Shown in pieces: positions 17,573 to 25,411 of a stretch of DNA of 64,000 nt. A program made the translations under genes and the position numbers. Every line of letters begins with the position of its first letter. Within the stretch, counting starts at the first letter, position 1. The notes under the pieces are model-generated. The model had not been told where the DNA came from. It saw only the letters and a list, made by a program, of their open reading frames with translations, and searched no databases. Origin of the DNA: an uncultured Pseudomonadota bacterium (GTDB lineage: Bacteria; Pseudomonadota; Alphaproteobacteria; RF32; CAG-239); the NCBI GenBank assembly GCA_902799835.1, contig CADCCF010000005.1, positions 193,722 to 257,721 of the forward strand, given 5' to 3'.

Positions 17573-18088
17573 TTAATCTTTATAGTCTTGCAAAAATTCG
17601 TAGCTAATTAAAGTTTTTTCTACTGATTGAAGTAAATCTTTATCATATTGTTCAATAATTTCCCAAGTTTTCCCCATTGTTTCTTGATTACATATTGTTC
17701 CAGAAGGGATTTTATATTTATTTAAACAGTAAATAATACCATAAGCTGAAGTAGTAGATTTGACATAATTATGATAATCATTTATATTTTGCACAAAATT
17801 ATAATTATAAAAACTTTTTATAATATCTTCTGTTAATGCATTCATACATGTTAATCTTTCTGTCTCTTTAGAACACAAAGATAATTTTTTCTGATATTGT
17901 AACAATAAATTATAATCATTTATAATCTCTTTGATTTTTTTCTTATTGCTCCAATCATTTGAATTATAGACTCTATCAATATCAATGCCGTGATAAACTT
18001 CAGCCTCTGCATTTAAGCTCAAAGTTAAAAATATTCCTAAAATAAAAACAATTTTTTTCATATTATACCTCATCATAAATATAAGCAT
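17573..18088 (-). CDS. Secreted Cys-containing protein (171 aa); weak resemblance to LprI/DUF1311-type lysozyme-inhibitor domain
   Basis: It has a signal peptide (MKKIVFILGIFLTLSLNAEA). The mature part begins C-x8-C and the segment LSLCSKETERLTCMNALTEDIIKSFYNY recalls the DUF1311 pattern C.......E..IC...L..D..LN..Y. Confidence 0.3.
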   Translation of the reverse strand: MLIFMMRYNMKKIVFILGIFLTLSLNAEAEVYHGIDIDRVYNSNDWSNKKKIKEIINDYNLLLQYQKKLSLCSKETERLTCMNALTEDIIKSFYNYNFVQNINDYHNYVKSTTSAYGIIYCLNKYKIPSGTICNQETMGKTWEIIEQYDKDLLQSVEKTLISYEFLQDYKD

Positions 18089-18294
18089 AATAACCTAAAG
18101 CTTAAAGTCAAGGTGAAATTATCACACCAAAAAATTGCAACAATTATATAAATAGGAACTAAAAATTCATTATCAAAAACTATCCGCAGTATAGCATTAA
18201 CTTTAGGAGTAATTTTACTAATGAGAAGGTTAGGTATTTTTTGTTCGGTAAACAATTCTTACATGCCGAATACTTAAACAAAAAAAATCCTCGA

Positions 18295-18612
18295 TTATGT
18301 CGAGGATTTACTTTCAGTCGAGGAGTTATCTATCCCGTATTTCTTTAAGATCTCCGGTGCAAATATAAAATTCCCCATACCCATAAACGCCCTTATCGCT
18401 CGTGCTGGTGGACAACCAAACGTTACAAGCAAAGTTTGTTTGCTTGGGGAATATCCGACATGATTACCATTCACAATATAAGTTTGAGCATCAGGATAAC
18501 ATGTGATGGAACGAACTCCGCCCCCGGGTACGGTACAAATGTAGGGCACCATTTTTAATACCTTCACACCATAACAACCTTTCGACACAATCATTATTTC
18601 TAATTTTTTCAT
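18295..18612 (-). CDS. Small protein of unknown family, paralog A (105 aa); core motif VPYICTVPGGGVRSITCYPDA
   Basis: It is paralogous to 19322-19621. Each copy has a duplicated upstream promoter and operator region. Confidence 0.5.
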   Translation of the reverse strand: MKKLEIMIVSKGCYGVKVLKMVPYICTVPGGGVRSITCYPDAQTYIVNGNHVGYSPSKQTLLVTFGCPPARAIRAFMGMGNFIFAPEILKKYGIDNSSTESKSST

Positions 18613-18782
18613 AATGTAATATATATAGGTTCAACATAATAATTTCAATTGCATCGCATTATAGTAAAATATACAAAGAAATGCAATCTTTTTTTGTCTC
18701 AAAAAATATTGACAAAATTTATCCTAAAGGATAAGCTGTCGGCAAAATCAATTATTTTACAAACAATTTAAAACCAAATTTT

Positions 18783-19262
18783 ATGAACACACAAACCAAA
18801 ATTTTGCTGATTACTGCACATCACAACAGTGATGCTTGTCAGGTGAACAACATTTTGACTATGGTTATATTCAAGATGTTGCCGGTGAACATCTCTGATG
18901 TCATGTACGCTTACATGATAGCCGAAGATTGGATTAAGTGGTGCAAAGATCCCAATTCCTCCGACGATAGTCCATTGCGAGGTAAATCTGCCGAAGATGT
19001 TGCCCCGCTTCTTAAGCTGTTTCAGCGTCAAGCTTATGATTTGGCAACGAAGTTGACATTATGCAAAAACGATGTTGAGGAGATTTTTGAAAACCTCAAT
19101 CCTTGCCTGATTAACAACTGGCGCAGTCGCGATAATTTGGCCAGAGAAATAACCAAAATGTATCATCGCTCTTTGCGATTTACGGCCAATCTTTTCGCCG
19201 AGGAGGGTGATGAATCCTTTAATAAAATTTTGAAGGAAAAACAGGTTCCTCTTATCAGCTGA
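18783..19262 (+). CDS. Hypothetical protein (159 aa)
   Basis: It sits between the two paralogs and ends at repeat hairpin copy 2. Confidence 0.35.
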   Translation: MNTQTKILLITAHHNSDACQVNNILTMVIFKMLPVNISDVMYAYMIAEDWIKWCKDPNSSDDSPLRGKSAEDVAPLLKLFQRQAYDLATKLTLCKNDVEEIFENLNPCLINNWRSRDNLAREITKMYHRSLRFTANLFAEEGDESFNKILKEKQVPLIS

Positions 19263-19270
19263 ACTTCAAA

Positions 19271-19313
19271 CAAAAAAGCATTACTGATTTAACTCTCAGT
19301 AATGCTTTTTTTT
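19271..19313. terminator. Copy 2 of the 41-nt palindromic hairpin; bidirectional terminator
   Basis: It is identical to 15605-15647. Confidence 0.6.
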
Positions 19314-19321
19314 AGATTTCA

Positions 19322-19621
19322 TCATTTTTGGGAGGATTCAGTTATTCCATACCTCTCCAAAATCTCTTGTGAGAATTCAAACCAACCGCTTGCCACCAAT
19401 CCTTCTATTGCTTTTTTTGCATCACTACTATATGGTACAAGCAAGGTTCGTTCTCTCAAGGAATACCCGACTCTCTGTCCCCTTGCAAAAAAAGTACGAG
19501 CATCCGGGTAACATTTTATAGCACGGAGCCCACCAGCCGGTACTACACAAATGTATGGTACCTTTTTGACTTTTTCTACAAACTCGACTTTTTTTGGCTT
19601 ACTTTTTTCTTCAGTTTCCAT
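19322..19621 (-). CDS. Small protein of unknown family, paralog B (99 aa); core motif VPYICVVPAGGLRAIKCYPDA, with a Lys/Glu-rich N-terminal extension
   Basis: It is paralogous to 18295-18612. Confidence 0.5.
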   Translation of the reverse strand: METEEKSKPKKVEFVEKVKKVPYICVVPAGGLRAIKCYPDARTFFARGQRVGYSLRERTLLVPYSSDAKKAIEGLVASGWFEFSQEILERYGITESSQK

Positions 19622-19716
19622 AAAATATATATTAATAGGTTAAACATAATAATCTCAACTACATTGCATTATATAAAAGATATAAGAAAATGCAATCATT
19701 TTTTATTTTGCCTCTT

Positions 19717-21072
19717 TTATGGTGCTTTCTTCTTTTCCTGTTTAATCCGCTCTTTTAAGTCATCAATTTTGATTTTTAACTGCGGAGCAGGGGAGAGCTT
19801 TTCGGCTTCTTTTAATTTACGTTCTGCCGCTTCCCAGTTGCCGATAATCGCCAAACTTTCCGCTGCCGCCCAGTTGGCTCGCGCCATATCACCTTTAGCT
19901 CCATAGGCTTTTGCCAACATCGTCCAAGCTTGAAAATTGTTCTTTTCCTTTAAGGTTATTGTATTTAAGAGTTCAATGGCTTTTTGAGCGGTTGGGGTAT
20001 CAGGATTGTCTTCCAACAAAGCAAAAGCATAACCGAATTTTATGTCACTGACTTGCGGTGCCAAACCATAAGCTTGAGCGTAAGAGTTTTTAGCTTTTTT
20101 AACTTGTCCGTTTTCCATTTCCATTTGCCCTTTAATTTCATAAAAATAAGGGTTATTCGGTTCTTGCCCCACTAACTTATCAGCCAAAGCAAAAGCATGT
20201 CTAAATTGCAAATCTCTAAAATAAGCAATAGCTAAGCCATATTGACAATCGGTTTTGTCCGCACATTTTTTTAACTCGTTAATCATTGCTTTGGGGTCAT
20301 TTAAATAAGCTTTCAACTTTATTTGTGCGCGCTTGAAATCCCCATCATATTTTGAGGTCGTCGGTAATTTATTATTCTCAGAAGCTTTTTCAAAAAAGGC
20401 AATGCGCTCCGGTGTCAGCGGGTGAGTGCGGAAATATGGCGTTTCTTCTCTACCGCTCATCTGATTTTGTTTGGCAATTTTTTTCATAAAATTCCGAATT
20501 CCTTTCGGTGATTGTCCGGTTGCTTTAAGCAGTTTGACCGCTGTTTCATCAGCCGCGCGCTCCTCATTGGCACGATAATGCACAAATTTGTTCAAAGCCG
20601 AGCTTTGCCCGCCCAACATAATGGCAAAAGCCGCATCGGCTCTGCCGCTCAAAATTCCGGCGGCACCGGCTAGGGCGGCAGACAATAATGATAAGTTGTT
20701 CAACTCGCGGATTTCTAGTTTTTGCCGCAAGATGTGTCCGCCCTTGATATGCCCGATTTCATGGGCAATCACTCCGGCTAATTCATTCACATTATCTGCT
20801 TGTATTAAGGTTCCGGTGTGAATAAACAAATGGTTGCCATCAGCCACAAAAGCATTCAGGCTGTCATCATTAACAATGTGAATATGGCTGCGGTAATAGG
20901 GTTGTCCGGCTTTTTGCATCAAGGGTTTGATAATTTTTTCCAATAAAACTTCAGTTTCTTCATCTGTTATCAGATTTAACCCTTCTGCTTGAACGCTATT
21001 GCTAAAAAAGAACGGCAGCAGCAAAAATGCCGCCGCCAGTCCTTTTGATAAAAATCTGTAAAGATGTAACAT
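19717..21072 (-). CDS. bepA: M48-family zinc metalloprotease with C-terminal TPR repeats (BepA/YfgC-like periplasmic protease)
   Basis: It has a signal peptide and the motif HEIGH (VIAHEIGHIKGGH). TPR-like helical repeats occupy the C-terminal half. Confidence 0.75.
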   Translation of the reverse strand: MLHLYRFLSKGLAAAFLLLPFFFSNSVQAEGLNLITDEETEVLLEKIIKPLMQKAGQPYYRSHIHIVNDDSLNAFVADGNHLFIHTGTLIQADNVNELAGVIAHEIGHIKGGHILRQKLEIRELNNLSLLSAALAGAAGILSGRADAAFAIMLGGQSSALNKFVHYRANEERAADETAVKLLKATGQSPKGIRNFMKKIAKQNQMSGREETPYFRTHPLTPERIAFFEKASENNKLPTTSKYDGDFKRAQIKLKAYLNDPKAMINELKKCADKTDCQYGLAIAYFRDLQFRHAFALADKLVGQEPNNPYFYEIKGQMEMENGQVKKAKNSYAQAYGLAPQVSDIKFGYAFALLEDNPDTPTAQKAIELLNTITLKEKNNFQAWTMLAKAYGAKGDMARANWAAAESLAIIGNWEAAERKLKEAEKLSPAPQLKIKIDDLKERIKQEKKKAP

Positions 21073-21074
21073 AT

Positions 21075-23597
21075 TTATCCTTTAATCAGTTTTTTCCACC
21101 AATTAGATTTTTCTTTCTTTTCCTCAACCGGAGCCTCCGGAGTTTCTTGCACTTTAGGTGCACTATCGTGGCTGTCATACAAAATCACCGGCTCTTGGGT
21201 TGTTTTCGGTTTTTCATTTTTTTCTTCATTATTGGCGAAATTATTGCGTCTTCTGCCGCCTCTGCGTTCAAATCTTCCGCGTCTGCCGCGTCTTTCACGA
21301 CGTTCAGAGTGCTCAGACTGCTCAGGGCGCTCCTTATTTTCAACCTTTTCTTCTTTTACTTCATCTTTTACTTCAGTAACAACCTCGTTTTCAGAAACCG
21401 GTGTTTCGTTTGAAGCAACTGATTTTTCCTCAATTTCTTCGGCAATTGTCGGCGGAAGGTTGACTACAGATTTTTCTTCTTTTGCACAAGCTTTAGTGCG
21501 CTCAATCTTGTAGTCGGTAACGCATTTGACACTGTCATCGGCACAAACCACAATATCCATTTTGTATTTTGTTTCAATTTCACACAAAGCTTTGCGTTTA
21601 TGGTTCAACAAATAAACTGCCACATCCGAAGGAACGGAAAGGCTGATCTTACTGGAACGATTTTTGCAACCTTCTTCTTCAGCCATGCGCAAAATATAAA
21701 CTGCCGCTGATTCCAAAGTGCGTGTAATTCCGCGTCCGTGGCAATAAGGACAAACCTGATAATTGCTTTCCCAAAATGCCGAATGAACGCGTTGACGCGA
21801 CAATTCCAACAGTCCAAACATGCTCATCTTGCCGACTTGAATGCGTGAGCGATCTTTTTTCAAGGCTTCTTTCATGCGTTTTTCAACAGCATGGTTGTTT
21901 GCCGGTTCGTCCATATCAATAAAGTCAATAACCACTAAACCGGCCAAATTGCGCAACTTTAATTGTCTGGCAATTTCATCGCAAGCCTCCAAGTTGGTCT
22001 TCAGGGCTGTTTCTTCCAAATCTTTTTCTTTGGTAGCACGACCGGAGTTAACATCAATTGAAACAAGTGCTTCGGTCGGATTAATTACCAAATATCCGCC
22101 GGATTCCAATTGTGCATTGGCATCATGCAACTTGTCCAATTGTCCTTCAACCTGAAACTTTTGGAACAAAGGAGCTTCATTATTGCCGTAATGTTTAATT
22201 TTTTTCAAATTGGACGGCGATAAAATTTTCAAGAAATTGCGAGCCTGTTTGTATGCCTCATCACCGGCTACCAAAATCTCAGAAATGTCTTTAGTGTATA
22301 TATCACGCAAAGCGCGTTTAATCAGACTGCCTTCTTCATGAATCAACATCGGAGCTTTATTCTTAATTGCATCAAGTCTGATTTGATTCCATGCTCTGAT
22401 TAAGAAGTTATAGTCGCGTACAATTTCGGCCTTGGTTTTTTCTTCACCGGCAGTGCGAACAATAATCGACATATCGGCGCCCAAAGGTAAATCTTTGACA
22501 ATTCCTTTTAAGCGTTGCCGATCAGCCGCATTGGTAATTTTGCGCGAAACTCCGCCGCTCTTGATGCGATTAGGCATCAAAACGCAATATCTTCCCGCCA
22601 ATGATAAATAAGTAGTCATGGCAGCGCCTTTGTTACCGCGCTCTTCTTTAACAACTTGAACTAAAACTGTCTGACCTTCTTTAATCACATCTTGAATCTT
22701 GTGACGATGATAAAGCTTGCGTGCGCGAATCAGCTTGCGTTGTAGTTCAAAATCCAAATTGTCATCAATATCATCATTGTCAAAAGCTTCATTAGCGTTT
22801 TCGTCGTCTTCATCGTCGTTATCAGTTCTGACATATTCAGTAGGTTCATCTTCACAAACTTCACTGCTGATTTGAGCATCAGGTTCATCAATATCCTCAG
22901 CCAAAGTTTTTTCTTCTTCGCTGACCTCATCTTCTGTCGAGTTGGAAATTTGCTTGCGGAATCTTTTCTTTAACAAACGTTTTTTGGTTCGTTTTTTACC
23001 CTGTTCTTCTTCTTTGGCCTCTTCTTCGGCAATAAATTGTTCTTCAATGATTTTCAGCTCTTCGGCGGTAGGACCTTCTTTTTCTTCAGGTTTTGATGCT
23101 TCTTCATTTGCACTTATGGCAACATTTTCTTCAGCTTTTGCCTGCTCGGCAGATGTTGCAACATCGATAATATTATTTTCCTGTTGTTCTTGCAAAGCGG
23201 CTTGCTCTTCTCGTTCCCTTAAAGCTGCCTCGCGCGCTAAAGCCTTTTCTTTAGCACGCTGTTCGCGTTGTGCTTCAATTTCACGAGCAATACGCTTTTT
23301 ATTTTCGATAATCTCATCAACTTCTTTATCAACTTCGGCCAAAACCTCATCGGTGACGTTATAATAATCAGGATGAATTTCGCCAAAAGCCATAAACCCG
23401 TGGCGGTTTCCGCCATAATCAATAAAACAGGCCTGCAAAGAGGGTTCAACCCTCATAATTTTACCTAAATAGATATTGCCTTTAATCTGTTTGCGAGTGG
23501 TGCTTTCAAATTCAACATCTTCCAGTTTGTTACCATTAACCACCACAACTCTGGTTTCTTCCGGTTGCGTATCATCAATCAGCATACGTTTTGTCAT
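21075..23597 (-). CDS. rne: Ribonuclease E
   Basis: It has an N-terminal S1 domain and catalytic core (GNIYLGKIMRVEPSLQACFIDYGGNRHGF), a Zn-link motif CPYCHGRG, and a long acidic, Arg-rich low-complexity C-terminal scaffold. Confidence 0.9.
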   Translation of the reverse strand: MTKRMLIDDTQPEETRVVVVNGNKLEDVEFESTTRKQIKGNIYLGKIMRVEPSLQACFIDYGGNRHGFMAFGEIHPDYYNVTDEVLAEVDKEVDEIIENKKRIAREIEAQREQRAKEKALAREAALREREEQAALQEQQENNIIDVATSAEQAKAEENVAISANEEASKPEEKEGPTAEELKIIEEQFIAEEEAKEEEQGKKRTKKRLLKKRFRKQISNSTEDEVSEEEKTLAEDIDEPDAQISSEVCEDEPTEYVRTDNDDEDDENANEAFDNDDIDDNLDFELQRKLIRARKLYHRHKIQDVIKEGQTVLVQVVKEERGNKGAAMTTYLSLAGRYCVLMPNRIKSGGVSRKITNAADRQRLKGIVKDLPLGADMSIIVRTAGEEKTKAEIVRDYNFLIRAWNQIRLDAIKNKAPMLIHEEGSLIKRALRDIYTKDISEILVAGDEAYKQARNFLKILSPSNLKKIKHYGNNEAPLFQKFQVEGQLDKLHDANAQLESGGYLVINPTEALVSIDVNSGRATKEKDLEETALKTNLEACDEIARQLKLRNLAGLVVIDFIDMDEPANNHAVEKRMKEALKKDRSRIQVGKMSMFGLLELSRQRVHSAFWESNYQVCPYCHGRGITRTLESAAVYILRMAEEEGCKNRSSKISLSVPSDVAVYLLNHKRKALCEIETKYKMDIVVCADDSVKCVTDYKIERTKACAKEEKSVVNLPPTIAEEIEEKSVASNETPVSENEVVTEVKDEVKEEKVENKERPEQSEHSERRERRGRRGRFERRGGRRRNNFANNEEKNEKPKTTQEPVILYDSHDSAPKVQETPEAPVEEKKEKSNWWKKLIKG

Positions 23598-24122
23598 AAA
23601 AAATCTCCTTACCCGTCCGGCGATTATGCCGAACTTTTATATTAATCCGAGCTGAATGAAAGAGACTTCAAGATAAACAAACACAAATTCTTGGGCTCAC
23701 AGCCCCAAAATTATAAACTTTGACACTCAGCGACTTACGTCATCAATTTTGCGCTTTGCATCCACCATAACCAAGGGTTTTTCCATAAAATTATTTTAGT
23801 TCGTTAGCGGTACCAAACCTTGGTTAATAAAATCTCGTCAATCTTTCGGCTCATCATCAGCCATTCAAAATGTCAACCCTTTTGCGATTCGAACCTTGTC
23901 CGTACTGGATCTGTCATCGAACAAACACCCAAAAAGCAGCAACATTTATTGATTATTGATTAGTTAGCGCCACTGGTTTCGGTCGTTTTGCAAAAGTTTC
24001 GTCAACCGAATATAGCATATACATTTTATTTTAAAACACAACTGATTTTTTTCATTTACAATTTTTTTAACCGATTATAAACAAGTTTTGAGTTATCATA
24101 ATAAAAAAGTAGGGGTTGTAAT
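23598..24122. promoter_or_regulatory. Long divergent intergenic region: rne 5' leader (minus strand) plus amiC promoter
   Basis: About 525 nt of non-coding sequence lie upstream of rne. rne genes classically carry long structured autoregulatory leaders. Confidence 0.35.
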
Positions 24123-25334
24123 ATGGCTAAAGCATTGCGTTTTGTATTTGCTGTTTTTGCCGTCATCACTGTCATGGTGACGACATGGCCGTGTTATGCC
24201 GGACAAATTAACGGATTGCGCATTGGTCAAAATGCCAGTGGTGCGCGAGTGGTTTTTGATGCCGATGCCAAATTTGACTACAAAGTTTTTACTCTCGGCA
24301 ATCCTAATCGTTTGGTTATAGATACGCAAAATATTGATGTTGCCTCAACCGTCATTAAAAGTATGCGCGAAAATGCTTTTGTCAGCAATATTCGTACCGG
24401 ATCAACCGGTGTGTCGGGGGTTCGTATTGTTTTTGACTTGTTGCGTCCTGCTGTGGTAAAAAAAGCCTTTATGCTGGCCCCGCAAAGCAATTTTAAGTGG
24501 CGTTTGGCAATTGACTTGGAAACTTCCAGTGAACGTGATTTTATGGCTAAAATAGGAAGCTCTAATTCTCACAACAGCAATGATTACAACCGCAACAATA
24601 CATCTTCTGTGGCTAACAGCTCTTCCTCCGAAGCAGTCAAAAACACCAAGCGCAAGCGTATTATTATGATTGATGCCGGTCATGGCGGTGTTGATCCCGG
24701 AGCAATCGGTTACAGCGGAACCTATGAAAAAAATATCACCTTGTCTATGGCTAAAGAGTTGAAAGAAGCTTTGGATAAAAATTCACATTATCAGGTATAT
24801 TTGACCCGTTCGCGCGATATTTTTATTCCTTTGCGAGAAAGAGTTAATATTTCACGCAAACATAATTCTGACCTGTTTATTTCGATCCATGCCGACAGTG
24901 CACGCAATTCCAAAGCCACCGGCCTTTCGGTTTATACGCTTTCGGAAGACGCTTCCGATAAAGAAGCAGCCGCTTTGGCCGAAAAAGAAAATAAGGCCGA
25001 TATTGTTGCCGGAATCAATTTTGCCGAACATTCCAAAGATGTTAACGATATATTGCTTAACATGGCGCAACGTGAAACCAATAACTATTCGGCCGAATTT
25101 GCCACCTTACTCAGTCGCCAAATGGCCAATATCGTCAAAACTGTCAGCAACACGCACCGATTTGCCGGATTTGCCGTGTTGAAAGCCCCTGATGTGCCGT
25201 CAGTGTTGTTGGAGCTTGGCTATTTATCAAATCCGGTTGAGGAACGCCAATTAAAGCAAAAAGCTTATCGACAAAAGCTTGTTGCTGCGGCTGTTCGTGC
25301 TATTGATAAATATTTTGAAAATAACAAGCATTAA
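24123..25334 (+). CDS. amiC: N-acetylmuramoyl-L-alanine amidase (AMIN domain plus Amidase_3)
   Basis: A signal peptide and an N-terminal AMIN-like domain precede the motifs IIMIDAGHGGVDPGA ... ISIHADSA. Confidence 0.85.
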   Translation: MAKALRFVFAVFAVITVMVTTWPCYAGQINGLRIGQNASGARVVFDADAKFDYKVFTLGNPNRLVIDTQNIDVASTVIKSMRENAFVSNIRTGSTGVSGVRIVFDLLRPAVVKKAFMLAPQSNFKWRLAIDLETSSERDFMAKIGSSNSHNSNDYNRNNTSSVANSSSSEAVKNTKRKRIIMIDAGHGGVDPGAIGYSGTYEKNITLSMAKELKEALDKNSHYQVYLTRSRDIFIPLRERVNISRKHNSDLFISIHADSARNSKATGLSVYTLSEDASDKEAAALAEKENKADIVAGINFAEHSKDVNDILLNMAQRETNNYSAEFATLLSRQMANIVKTVSNTHRFAGFAVLKAPDVPSVLLELGYLSNPVEERQLKQKAYRQKLVAAAVRAIDKYFENNKH

Positions 25335-25411
25335 TATTTGACAGCCATATTTTTTTTGAGTATTTTAAGCGCAGATATCATGAATTAATTTTCACCGCGG
25401 TTTAATTTATT

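Noticed and set aside
15605-19313. The two identical 41-nt repeats as prophage att sites
   Set aside because: They are perfect palindromic hairpins with T-runs at gene ends. That is terminator architecture. No integrase is nearby. They do not bracket the structural module.
21027-23449. Multiple plus-strand ORFs antisense to rne (21027-21413, 21232-21513, 22942-23364, 23268-23468)
   Set aside because: They arise from the low-complexity Glu/Arg/Ala-rich region of rne on the opposite strand. Their products are Ser/Phe/Leu-rich.
23880-23900. GATTCGAACC, which resembles the reverse complement of a tRNA T-loop
   Set aside because: Flanking sequence cannot form T-stem or acceptor-stem pairings. 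No cloverleaf is possible.
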